The notes beneath the pieces were generated by a model. The model had not been told where the DNA came from. It ran no database searches and was given only the letters and a program-made list of their open reading frames with translations. Of a DNA stretch of 64,000 bases, positions 9,303 to 18,181 are shown piece after piece. Source of the DNA: a virus. The translations under genes and the position numbers were made by a program. The stretch spans positions 4,817-68,816 of IMG/VR virus record IMGVR_UViG_3300010222_000171; one strand, written 5' to 3'. The number at the start of each line of letters is the position of its first letter. Position 1 is the first letter of the stretch.

Positions 9303-9487
9303 TGTTCAAACTGTTCGTTGAACACGAACTTGTTGACGGCAAAGTGGTCGTAGAAGAGTTCGAAGGGGTAGAGTCGTTCAACAACCCACCAATGAGTAAC
9401 AAACTCCAGCTTTCTTTCAGTGACGATGATCGGGATGAAAAAATATTGGATTATGGAACAGTGGTCCGTGGAGAAGTCAACAAATGA
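9302..9487 (+). CDS. hypothetical protein
   Basis: Coupled acidic ORF. Confidence 0.65.
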   Translation: MFKLFVEHELVDGKVVVEEFEGVESFNNPPMSNKLQLSFSDDDRDEKILDYGTVVRGEVNK

Positions 9488-9798
9488 GTGAACAACCGCA
9501 CCCAACGAACCAAGTAGAAGAACCAGACTCGCCTGAAATACTCGATGAGGCGGCGAGTGCTGTCTACGAACGTTCCGACAAATACGGGGAGCCGGAGGAT
9601 TCCTTCGATACCATCGCAGAGCTATGGAATGGGTTCCTTCGGGGAGGAGGGGTCGCTGACCCGAACCTCGATGGAGCTGATGTTGCGAACATGATGGTTC
9701 TGTTGAAGGTGGCTCGGAACTCTCAAGGCCACTACCATGAGGACAACTGGGTCGATATAGCAGGCTACGCTGAGAGCGGGGCAAGAGTCGAAAAATGA
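9484..9798 (+). CDS. DUF6378 family protein (dNTP diphosphohydrolase-like helical domain)
   Basis: R..KYGEPEDSFDTIAELW...DVANMMVLLKVAR...HEDNWVDIAGYA signature. Confidence 0.85.
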   Translation: MSEQPHPTNQVEEPDSPEILDEAASAVYERSDKYGEPEDSFDTIAELWNGFLRGGGVADPNLDGADVANMMVLLKVARNSQGHYHEDNWVDIAGYAESGARVEK

Positions 9799-9801
9799 AA
9801 A

Positions 9802-9999
9802 ATGGAAAGCAGTAAGGCGCAACAGTGGGCCTTCATTTTCGAGACCTTCGGAAAGGAAAACTTGCGGCAGATGTTGTTCAAGGCTGCTGCAAATAAAGAC
9901 GAGGATGGCCGCGTTGTTATCGAGTTCGACGGAATGAAGGCAATGGACGTGTCCGAGCACTATGCTAAAATGGAAGAAAAGTTAGCTGATGAGACATGA
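9802..9999 (+). CDS. hypothetical protein
   Basis: Short coupled ORF. Confidence 0.6.
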   Translation: MESSKAQQWAFIFETFGKENLRQMLFKAAANKDEDGRVVIEFDGMKAMDVSEHYAKMEEKLADET

Positions 10000-10186
10000 T
10001 TATAATTTCCCCCCAGACTGGGAGGCAATGACAAACGAAGAAAAGAACGAATGGTTTCACCAGGAGCGGGCGCGGCGGCAAGCCACCTCCCAGGATACCA
10101 ACTTCAATCAGAATCACGAAAAAGGAAAAGAACGCAGGGATCGGCGGGTTGGGGCGCGAAACGAAACTCGGGATGTAAAAGAATGA
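9989..10186 (+). CDS. hypothetical protein
   Basis: Overlaps both neighbours by a few nucleotides. Confidence 0.65.
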   Translation: MRHDYNFPPDWEAMTNEEKNEWFHQERARRQATSQDTNFNQNHEKGKERRDRRVGARNETRDVKE

Positions 10187-11184
10187 GCGAAATCCACACC
10201 GACGAATCGATAGCAGGAATAGAACCCGGAACAGAACTGACTGTTTCCGACGAAAAGATGGAAAGGGGCTTGGAATACGTATCAAAGTCCAGAATTAAGC
10301 TATATCGTCAATGTCCATTCAAATTTGCGATGAAATATTGGATGGAAGAACGACCGCCTGGAACGATGGCAACAGAGCGCGGTTCTCGGGTCCACCTTGT
10401 CTTCGAGAGATTCCACGAGAACCTGAAGGAGTACATCGCTGAGAACGGCGATAAGCCCGAGAGGTTCACACCGCTGATGCCTAATACCGGAAACGAAACT
10501 CAGTGGTTGGACTACATCTCAAACTTCTGGAAATTTGAGATGAGGAGATTGCGGGAGACTGATAGAACGTATGACTTCGCTTCTTCGAGGATTCCATCTG
10601 AGCAATTCAGTATGGATGATAGAGCAGTGGTACAGGCATGGGAACCCCTCGAAGTCGAAGCAGAGTTCTGGATGGGAGAACCACCTGATGACTACGACGG
10701 AGATCCCGACTACGTAGACGAGTCCGGCCCACCTGTCGGGGACATCCCTTGGATGGGAAAGGCTGACGTGGTGCTGAACAGTGCCAGCGTTCCCGGTGTT
10801 ACTGGCTCCGGTGTTACCATCCTCGACTACAAAACTGGTGACTGTCCAACTATCAAATACGAGGGAGCGCCGTTCCTTGATGATGTGATGGAAGACGTGA
10901 TGCTCGAAACAGAGTTCTACTCGTGGCTTGCCAGATCAATCTACGACGTAGATGCAGTCGCAATCTATTATCCTCGTGATGACGAACTTGTTATTGGGGA
11001 ACAAGGCGTTCAGGAACGTCGGTTCAAGATTAAGGAAGCCGCTCTCGGGATGCAAGAACTTCCCGAAGAATTGAACGAAAACGGCGAGCCGAACAACTTC
11101 GAACGCGATGAGGGGAATCTCTGCCATTGGGGGAGCGGCAAGTGTTGGTTTTATGACATTTGTGAAAGTGAACAAGGTAAGTAG
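10183..11184 (+). CDS. Cas4/AddB-like PD-(D/E)xK nuclease with Fe-S staple
   Basis: SKSRIKLYRQCPFKF, GKAD, ILDYKTG and C-terminal LCHWGSGKCWFYDIC. Confidence 0.85.
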   Translation: MSEIHTDESIAGIEPGTELTVSDEKMERGLEYVSKSRIKLYRQCPFKFAMKYWMEERPPGTMATERGSRVHLVFERFHENLKEYIAENGDKPERFTPLMPNTGNETQWLDYISNFWKFEMRRLRETDRTYDFASSRIPSEQFSMDDRAVVQAWEPLEVEAEFWMGEPPDDYDGDPDYVDESGPPVGDIPWMGKADVVLNSASVPGVTGSGVTILDYKTGDCPTIKYEGAPFLDDVMEDVMLETEFYSWLARSIYDVDAVAIYYPRDDELVIGEQGVQERRFKIKEAALGMQELPEELNENGEPNNFERDEGNLCHWGSGKCWFYDICESEQGK

Positions 11185-11189
11185 TACCA

Positions 11190-11789
11190 ATGAGTTCAAT
11201 GTACGATGAAAAACACAAAACCGAAGAATGGCTCTGTGAACAGTTTCGGGAAAAAGATAGAGATGTAAATGATATAGCAAAAGAGGTAGGAGTTTCATCG
11301 ACTACTATCTCCCGTTGGATTGACAATCATGAACTAATCCGAAAAAGGCACGATGAAGAACTGCTCAAAGAAAAATATCTTAAAGAGAATGAAACGTTAG
11401 TAGAAATTGCAAATGAAATAGGATGTAGTCAAAGTCCTGTTAGAAAGACATTGAAAGAGGCTGGCGTAGAAATGAAAACGCGCTCTGATTACGCTTTACC
11501 ATCACTTCACGTTCGTCCCTCTGGTCACGTCTACATATCTGAAACACTGAATAGAGAAACTTCACAGGTCCAACTCCACCGACTAACAGCAATTGCTGAA
11601 TATGGATGGGAAGAAGTTACACAAGAAGATACAGTAGTTCACCATAAGAATTGCATCCCTTGGGATAATCGCCCATCAAACCTGGAAGTGATGCAACGAG
11701 ATGAACATACCAGACTTCACGATAACCCGCGAAGGTTGCGTAGCCTCGACCCTGAGTGGTCGCAATACGAACTTATCCGAACCGACTAA
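11190..11789 (+). CDS. HNH homing endonuclease with tandem N-terminal HTH repeats
   Basis: HRL...VVHHKNCIPWDNRPSNLEVM...H. More AT-rich than its flanks. Confidence 0.9.
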   Translation: MSSMYDEKHKTEEWLCEQFREKDRDVNDIAKEVGVSSTTISRWIDNHELIRKRHDEELLKEKYLKENETLVEIANEIGCSQSPVRKTLKEAGVEMKTRSDYALPSLHVRPSGHVYISETLNRETSQVQLHRLTAIAEYGWEEVTQEDTVVHHKNCIPWDNRPSNLEVMQRDEHTRLHDNPRRLRSLDPEWSQYELIRTD

Positions 11790-11965
11790 TGCCAAGACCA
11801 GAAACAGTAACACTTGAACTCCGTCGAGATTCAGCAGAAAAGCTTCTCGGACTAATCACCAATCCTGGTGATTTCAATTCTCACGAACCACCAATGGCCT
11901 ACGAACGCCGGATGGCCGTGGCGCAACGAATAGAACGGCAGATCGACCCGGTACCAAAACCGTAG
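11789..11965 (+). CDS. hypothetical protein
   Basis: TAATG overlap with the HNH stop. Confidence 0.6.
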   Translation: MPRPETVTLELRRDSAEKLLGLITNPGDFNSHEPPMAYERRMAVAQRIERQIDPVPKP

Positions 11966-12061
11966 ATGGTCATTGACTATCGGATTGTATTGCTGTGGCT
12001 GTTTTCGTTTTTCTTCTACGGTCTGTTGATGTACCTTGCCGCGTTCTATGTGAACCTTTGA
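11966..12061 (+). CDS. 31-aa single-pass membrane microprotein
   Basis: MVIDYRIVLLWLFSFFFYGLLMYLAAFYVNL, directly after the upstream stop. Confidence 0.5.
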   Translation: MVIDYRIVLLWLFSFFFYGLLMYLAAFYVNL

Positions 12062-12068
12062 TTCATAA

Positions 12069-12093
12069 GACTTAACCTTCCCCGACTCTATTC
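12069..12093 (+). promoter_or_regulatory. promoter motif copy with degenerate right half
   Basis: TAAGACTTAA followed by a GC-rich structured leader. Confidence 0.5.
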
Positions 12094-12172
12094 TTTAATC
12101 CAGGGACAAACCCTGGGTGTCCCGAAACCGCCCCCAGTCAGCGAGGCTGCGGCGGCGGGGCATAACCTACCT

Positions 12173-12337
12173 ATGACAGTGGAATTAGAACTCTCAGACG
12201 ACGAAGCGGAATGGTTGTTGACAGTGCTACAGAATAACGCGAATGCGGTCGAACCGGGACACGCTGCCCGGTGGACAAAAGCGGCAGCTTCTCGCATTGA
12301 TAGCATCAGAGAGACTGTCGAAGAGCAAATGGAATAA
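12173..12337 (+). CDS. 54-aa hypothetical protein
   Basis: Acidic ORF with TAATG overlap into the next gene. Confidence 0.6.
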   Translation: MTVELELSDDEAEWLLTVLQNNANAVEPGHAARWTKAAASRIDSIRETVEEQME

Positions 12338-12714
12338 TGTACCCACACATTGAGCCAAAACTCACGATCAAGAAGACGATCAGCCATCCAACGCAGCAGG
12401 ACAAGGTGTACGGGTTCGAAGCCAGGAACACCATGCTCGGACGGGCTGCTGTCGTGCTGAAAGAAGATGCAATCAGTAGAGCTGGTGTTCACGTTCCAGG
12501 GAAAGCCCACGACTTTATCCTGGAAAATGACGGAGAGCTTGTCGTGCTTGATGGGGAAGACGTGCTAACGATGGAGGCATCGGACTTCGAAGAAGAAAGC
12601 AAGTTGAATACACTCAAAGGAGGCGGTGGCACGGCTACGATGCACACTGTCCAACCAAGCAGTGGCAGCTTCAAATACTGGGATAAAGACATCGTGGAGA
12701 TAACCGGATGGTAG
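12337..12714 (+). CDS. hypothetical protein
   Basis: Coupled ORF. Confidence 0.75.
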   Translation: MYPHIEPKLTIKKTISHPTQQDKVYGFEARNTMLGRAAVVLKEDAISRAGVHVPGKAHDFILENDGELVVLDGEDVLTMEASDFEEESKLNTLKGGGGTATMHTVQPSSGSFKYWDKDIVEITGW

Positions 12715-12724
12715 TTCTCTAAAC

Positions 12725-12973
12725 ATGACTGACCACGACTTTGAGGCGACCGTCGAGACTGACCACGGGACGTTCACCTTCAGTGGTGACAACCCGAGGA
12801 CTGTCTCCGCACAGGCCGCTCGGATGCCGGTCGTGATGCACCGAAATCAAATCGAGACTCAGACTGACCTTGACAGTCCCATCCAGCGGTATCTGGAGGC
12901 AATAGCGGAAAAGGAGGAAAAAAATGAAAGAATTGGAGAGGAAGAAACGCAACGACCACACTTCACCCCATGA
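12725..12973 (+). CDS. hypothetical protein
   Basis: Acidic ORF. Confidence 0.7.
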   Translation: MTDHDFEATVETDHGTFTFSGDNPRTVSAQAARMPVVMHRNQIETQTDLDSPIQRYLEAIAEKEEKNERIGEEETQRPHFTP

Positions 12974-13170
12974 CCGAGACTGACAGCAGAACCAAAATAG
13001 ATAGAACGTTGGTAAAGTGCCCAAACAGATGTTTCCTGTTCAATGGCTTCGGGAAGGGCATTAGAGTCTCCCGCCAGTTTAGGTGGATTGACGAAGCCGA
13101 CGCCGATGTCGGCACGAGAAACTACTGTGAACAGTGTGGCGCTGAACTAATCAAGGCTCAAAATAACTGA
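12970..13170 (+). CDS. zinc-finger microprotein
   Basis: CPNRC...CEQCG; ATGA overlap. Confidence 0.65.
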   Translation: MTETDSRTKIDRTLVKCPNRCFLFNGFGKGIRVSRQFRWIDEADADVGTRNYCEQCGAELIKAQNN

Positions 13171-13195
13171 TGCAAGAAAACGAGGTGTTCAACTA

Positions 13196-15292
13196 ATGTC
13201 AGAAAGCTTGTACGTGGTGACTACCGAAACACTGTATCCGAATGACACTGAGTTCGAGAGTGTGATCGTCAGACTCTACGGGCGGAACCGAGATCAGGAA
13301 GCAATCACGGTGACAGTCACAGGGTTCGAGCCGTATTTCCTGGCTGAGAAGTCAGAAACCGATAAGGTGCCGCCGGCCAAGCACCAGGACCTTATCGGGT
13401 ACGAAGATGTGGATACGGACCCACTCTCTGAACGGTTCGACCACAACCCTACGGAGTTGGTGAAGGTGATCGCCAAGTACCCGCATTCGGTGCGGGATCT
13501 CCGGAACAGGTTCGACCGGACCTGGAGCGCCGATACGATTTTCACCGAACGCTTCAGGATCGATCACGAGATTAGGACCGGCGTCAGAGTCCCGACCGAT
13601 CAGCGCCGCGATAACCACATTATTGTAGAGAAAGATGATGTGGAGCCTGTCGAGATCAAAGACGTAGAACCGCGTGTTTTGACTCTCGACATTGAAACTG
13701 ACGACCGTGGCGCGGGCTTCCCGGACCCAGGCGATGCGCGGATATTGAGTATTGCAGCATATGATTCATACGACGACGAGTATACTGTGTTCCTCGATTT
13801 GGCCGGCGACGACCTTATCGAGTTCTTCGATGTAGATAATTTCCTCCAAACTCCAAGTGGGAACCTCAAAGAAGAGGTCACACTGGACGATCTCGGGATG
13901 ACCGAGCCTGACAGGTTGGAGTTCGCTGACACCGAGACTGGGATGCTCACACTGTTTGCGAACTACGTGAAGGACAGAGATCCGGATCTTATCACCGGCT
14001 GGAACAGCGGCGACTCATCGAATGATGGCTTCGACTTACCCCACATAATTGAACGCATGGGGAATGTCGGTGTGACGGTGACGAGGCTCAGTCGGGAACG
14101 TGAGGTAGAAGTAAAGGAACACGGCGACGACTACAAGCCGAGTATTAGGGGTCGTGCGCTCTACGACCTGATGGATGGGTGGGGTGACACTCAGCTATCT
14201 GAACCGCGCTCCTACGCTCTTGACGATGTTGCTGAAGGCTCGCTCGATAATACCAAGATAGAACACGAAGAACAGGACTACTACGAGATGTACCGGGACG
14301 ACCCTGTGAAGTTCGTGAATTACAACGCCCGCGACGTGGGGCTGACGGTCGGGATTAACGAAGAAGAAGGAGTCCTATCATTCAAGAAGCGACTCAAAGA
14401 CATTATTGGAGTCGATTGGCGTCGTACCCATGAAAACAACGAGTTCATCGAGATGGCAGTACGCCGGAAGTGCGCTGAACGCGGACTGTCAATGATTACT
14501 GCCTACGATAATCCCTACGTGGGTGGAGATACTGATGCAGTGAACTACGAAGGGGCGTACGTCTTCCCTTCGTTCTCGGGTTTGAAAGAGAACGTTGTCG
14601 GGATTGACCTCGAATCGCTCTATCCACGGACACAGCAGATGCTGAATGTGTCTCCTGATGCTCGAATCGAGAAGGCTGAAGCTCTTGTGGAAGACATTCC
14701 GTTTTTGGAAGGGGAGAACGGCCAAGCCTTCAGAAATGATGTTGACGGCATTATGAGAGAACTGATTACTGATTATATGAAACTGAAGGCGAATTTCAAA
14801 AAGGAACGAAATCAGGCAGACCCCGGAACAGAAAAAAGGGAAAAACTGGCTGAAGTGTATAGTGTCACAAAAACTATAGTAAATAGTTTCTATGGGTACG
14901 GGGGGTGGAATCGTTCTCCACTCTACAACCCCCACGATGCCGCCGCTGTCACCCTTACAGGGCAGGCTGTTATCAAAAGGACAGCCAAATATATCGATGA
15001 AGAAACCGAGGGAAGTGTGTCATACGGTGACACGGATAGCGTCTACTGTAAGTGGCCCGACACTTGGGGACAAGTCAAGACTCTCGAAACCGTTGAAGAA
15101 CATTGCGAACACCTGAACAATTCTATCTATCCGCTGTTGTGTAAAAAGTACGGAATCGGCCCCGAGAACAATCGCTGGCAGATGGAGTTGGAAAAGCTCG
15201 GAACTATGTTTATGTCAGGAAGTAAGAAAAGATATACGACCCTAACTCGCTGGTCTGAGGGGATGGACTTTAATGAGGTGTTAGTAGAATGA
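13196..15292 (+). CDS. polB: family B DNA polymerase, N-terminal part (3'-5' exonuclease, palm, fingers)
   Basis: DIETD, WNSGDSSNDGFD, YNARDV, DLESLYP, KTIVNSFYG, YGDTDS and KKRY motifs. Confidence 0.95.
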   Translation: MSESLYVVTTETLYPNDTEFESVIVRLYGRNRDQEAITVTVTGFEPYFLAEKSETDKVPPAKHQDLIGYEDVDTDPLSERFDHNPTELVKVIAKYPHSVRDLRNRFDRTWSADTIFTERFRIDHEIRTGVRVPTDQRRDNHIIVEKDDVEPVEIKDVEPRVLTLDIETDDRGAGFPDPGDARILSIAAYDSYDDEYTVFLDLAGDDLIEFFDVDNFLQTPSGNLKEEVTLDDLGMTEPDRLEFADTETGMLTLFANYVKDRDPDLITGWNSGDSSNDGFDLPHIIERMGNVGVTVTRLSREREVEVKEHGDDYKPSIRGRALYDLMDGWGDTQLSEPRSYALDDVAEGSLDNTKIEHEEQDYYEMYRDDPVKFVNYNARDVGLTVGINEEEGVLSFKKRLKDIIGVDWRRTHENNEFIEMAVRRKCAERGLSMITAYDNPYVGGDTDAVNYEGAYVFPSFSGLKENVVGIDLESLYPRTQQMLNVSPDARIEKAEALVEDIPFLEGENGQAFRNDVDGIMRELITDYMKLKANFKKERNQADPGTEKREKLAEVYSVTKTIVNSFYGYGGWNRSPLYNPHDAAAVTLTGQAVIKRTAKYIDEETEGSVSYGDTDSVYCKWPDTWGQVKTLETVEEHCEHLNNSIYPLLCKKYGIGPENNRWQMELEKLGTMFMSGSKKRYTTLTRWSEGMDFNEVLVE

Positions 15293-16032
15293 AAAACCAA
15301 CATGGTGGAAATAGACCGTGGACGGACAAAGAAACACTAAAAGAGGCGTACTATCGGTTAGGAAAACAAAAGTTAATAGCAGAAGAAATGGGCTGTTCAA
15401 AAGGAACAATAGAAAACTGGTTTGCTCGCCACGAGATAGAAACTTTCAACGGACACCCATCGAGAGATTTGTATAATGAAGAAAAACTACGTGAGCTATA
15501 CGAACAAGAAAATTCAATAATTAGAGTTCTTGAACGGTTGCCCAACACTACCAGTTGTAAGGCTGTTTGTGACTGGTTAGATAATTTTGGGATTGAGACA
15601 AACCCAAACCATGTTACTGAGGGAGAAAAAGAGACCTTTGAGTGTCCCATTTGTGAGGAAGAATTTGAGAGATTCCTATCGAAAGTCGAAGGTAAAGTAG
15701 AGAAACCGTGTTGCAGTAAGAAGTGTGCCGCTAAGTGGGTCTCGAAACGATACTCAGGTGAAAACAGCCCATCTTGGAAGGGTGGGTATCAGCAGAATTA
15801 TAGCGGAAAGTGGAGAAGAAAAAGGAAAAAAGTAAGAAATAGAGATGAAGTTTGCCAACGGTGTGGGAAAGAGTCTGACCGAGAGTTAGACGTTCATCAT
15901 ATTAAGCCAGTTCGGTCGTTCGAAGACCCGGACGATGCTCATTGTCTCGATAACCTTGTAGCGTTGTGTCGTGGTTGTCACGGAAAAATAGAACCTTTAC
16001 CCGAAAGCGAACAGAGAAAAATAGTCCAATGA
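15289..16032 (+). CDS. HNH homing endonuclease inserted within polB
   Basis: Tandem HTH repeats, CPIC...CCSKKC zinc finger, and CQRCG...DVHHIKP...NLVALCRGCH. ATGA overlaps at both ends. Confidence 0.92.
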   Translation: MKNQHGGNRPWTDKETLKEAYYRLGKQKLIAEEMGCSKGTIENWFARHEIETFNGHPSRDLYNEEKLRELYEQENSIIRVLERLPNTTSCKAVCDWLDNFGIETNPNHVTEGEKETFECPICEEEFERFLSKVEGKVEKPCCSKKCAAKWVSKRYSGENSPSWKGGYQQNYSGKWRRKRKKVRNRDEVCQRCGKESDRELDVHHIKPVRSFEDPDDAHCLDNLVALCRGCHGKIEPLPESEQRKIVQ

Positions 16033-16661
16033 GTCAAACGATGAAGATAACAGAGGCGAAAGGTCGGGAAGACGTAAATGTGGGTCATGTAGATATAGTC
16101 GGATATGACTGCTTAAAATCTAACACAGCCAAAATTTCATCTGAAGTACAGGAAGAGGTGTTGGAAAAAATCGTTCGCGGAGCTAACGAATCGGAGATCG
16201 TGGAGACGGTACATCAAGCTGCGGCGTCAATTGATGCCAAAGACCCCGACTGGGACTACATTGGTATCCCGCAAGGGCTCGGCCAGCGCATTGACCCTGA
16301 GAATCCCGGCGAAGAAAATACGTATTTGTGGTCTTTAAGGGGAGATCACCCCAAGGGGGAGGCGCCAAGGGCGGCATGGTTTGCTAATCATCTTCTTGAC
16401 GTGGAGCTTGCACAGGGCGATAAACCGAAACGGGCAGTACTCAAGCCTACTCACACCGTAAACGGAGACGAAGTAGACGTAATTGCTTACAATTCAAGCC
16501 GCGACCTTGACGGCGTTGATCTTACGATTGATCCTATCGAGATGCAGCGAAAGTGTCTCGAAAATCCCCTGGAGGATATTCTCGAATCAATCGGAATTGA
16601 ACTCGGCGCGGCGATGCAAGGAAAGGTACAGAGCCAAGAGTCGCTGGGAGCGTTCATGTAA
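16029..16661 (+). CDS. polB: family B DNA polymerase, C-terminal (thumb) part
   Basis: DIVGYDCLKSN corresponds to the GxExVRRD motif that normally follows KKRY. Also contains RAAWFAN and GDKPK. Confidence 0.85.
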   Translation: MSQTMKITEAKGREDVNVGHVDIVGYDCLKSNTAKISSEVQEEVLEKIVRGANESEIVETVHQAAASIDAKDPDWDYIGIPQGLGQRIDPENPGEENTYLWSLRGDHPKGEAPRAAWFANHLLDVELAQGDKPKRAVLKPTHTVNGDEVDVIAYNSSRDLDGVDLTIDPIEMQRKCLENPLEDILESIGIELGAAMQGKVQSQESLGAFM

Positions 16662-16663
16662 CA

Positions 16664-17080
16664 ATGATTCACGAAGCAAAAGATACCTTAGTGGAAAGAG
16701 GATTCGAGGAGGTCAAACAATTCGAAGACAGTCACGGGACTATCGGCTACGCTCTGACTTATCGAGGCGAGAACTATATCTTGGTTGCCAAAGAGTATGC
16801 CCACAACAGGTTGGCATCCTTTATCGCCGTACTGGTCCGGTGCTACTACGAAGATGCAGACTTCATCTTCTACAATAATAGCGAAGATTTGTACTATGTC
16901 TTCGATGGAAAGTACCTGGAAGGGCACGCCACCCCCTCATCGGGTCCCAGCAAGAAACGAGACTGTTCCTGGCGAGAAATCGGCCTCGATCATGGAGCAG
17001 AGCTTGATGCGTTTATCCGCAATGAGGAATCACCAGAAACTCTCGCCGGAAGTAACGCCGAACTGGGGGTGTTCACATGA
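16664..17080 (+). CDS. hypothetical protein
   Basis: 138-aa ORF coupled to polB-C. Confidence 0.75.
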   Translation: MIHEAKDTLVERGFEEVKQFEDSHGTIGYALTYRGENYILVAKEYAHNRLASFIAVLVRCYYEDADFIFYNNSEDLYYVFDGKYLEGHATPSSGPSKKRDCSWREIGLDHGAELDAFIRNEESPETLAGSNAELGVFT

Positions 17081-17087
17081 GAAATGA

Positions 17088-17213
17088 GTGAGTATTGCGT
17101 GTTCTGTGAAGACGGAAACCTGTCCTCACTGTGACGGCCCGCTCTACAAACGTCACTGCAAAATCTGCTGTGAACAGTGTGGTATAATTAGAGATTGTTC
17201 CGACCCATTCTAA
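17088..17213 (+). CDS. HVO_2523-like zinc-finger microprotein
   Basis: CPHCDGPLYKRHCKICCEQCGIIRDCSDPF matches the haloarchaeal small zinc-finger pattern. Start codon uncertain (GTG). Confidence 0.65.
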   Translation: MSIACSVKTETCPHCDGPLYKRHCKICCEQCGIIRDCSDPF

Positions 17214-17215
17214 TC

Positions 17216-18181
17216 ATGACAGAACTCAAAAAGTATCCCAGCATCAGCCGTATCGGTCACGAAGACAACAACGGAATCCTCGAAGACGGCCACATCGTCG
17301 TGAAAGAAAAATTAGATGGGGCTAACTTTAGACTGATGGGGGACCATCACCTCGACCCCGGTTATCGAGATGAGGAGCGGGAACTGGTCTTCGGTTCGCG
17401 CAACGTAGAATACAAGAACGAGAAAGACATAGACAAGAACTTCGACCACGCTGTTGAGTACGTCCGAGAAGAGGTAGACCTCGACGGTCTTCTGGAAGCA
17501 GAGACTAAATGGGGACCGCTTGTCGTCTTTGGTGAGGCGATGCATCCCCATACCCTTGAGTATCAATGGGATGATACGCCCCCCTTCATCGGATTTGATG
17601 TGTATGCAGTTCAGCCCGATGTGTTCTTGGACTGGGAAGAAGCGCGGAGCATTATCGGACAAATGTCCTTACCGACAACGCCGGTAGTGTATGAAGGTCC
17701 CGCTGACGGGTTCAAGAAGAAATATGGTCTGAACGAGTGGTCAAAACAAGTCTCGTCAGCGTACCGCAACGGTCTGCCAGAGGGGATTGTCATCAGGAAC
17801 GAAGATACAGGACAGACCGCGAAACTCCGAACACAGCAGTTCAAGGAAGCTCACGGAACGCAATCTGTTACGAACCCAGACGAGTACGAACCTTCGGACT
17901 CAGAGATTCTGGCGCGGAAATTTACGACCGAAGCTCGTGTTCTCAAGATGGTTCACAAATACGAAAATCGGAGTCTCACCATCGAAATGTCAATCATGGA
18001 AAGTTTGTGGGAAGACGTGTTCGAGGACATTATCGAAGAAGAGTTCTCAACGATCTTTCTTGGAAACTACGACCTCAACACCAAAGAGTTCCGCTCTGAG
18101 GTAGCAAGTATTACTGCTGATGTTCTTCAGTCGTACCTCGAACGGCCAGACGATTCGGTTCTCAACCAGGTGACTTCCTAA
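17216..18181 (+). CDS. ATP-dependent RNA ligase (Rnl2-like nucleotidyltransferase)
   Basis: YPSI N-terminus, KEKLDGANFR (motif I), FGEAM, FIGFDV, EGIVIR and AKLR. Confidence 0.85.
   Translation: MTELKKYPSISRIGHEDNNGILEDGHIVVKEKLDGANFRLMGDHHLDPGYRDEERELVFGSRNVEYKNEKDIDKNFDHAVEYVREEVDLDGLLEAETKWGPLVVFGEAMHPHTLEYQWDDTPPFIGFDVYAVQPDVFLDWEEARSIIGQMSLPTTPVVYEGPADGFKKKYGLNEWSKQVSSAYRNGLPEGIVIRNEDTGQTAKLRTQQFKEAHGTQSVTNPDEYEPSDSEILARKFTTEARVLKMVHKYENRSLTIEMSIMESLWEDVFEDIIEEEFSTIFLGNYDLNTKEFRSEVASITADVLQSYLERPDDSVLNQVTS

Noticed and set aside
15280-16040. Group I intron or intein around the HNH gene in polB
   Set aside because: Both junctions are ATGA stop/start overlaps with no spare sequence for P-elements. 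The HNH is in a separate ORF with no intein Cys/His-Asn termini.
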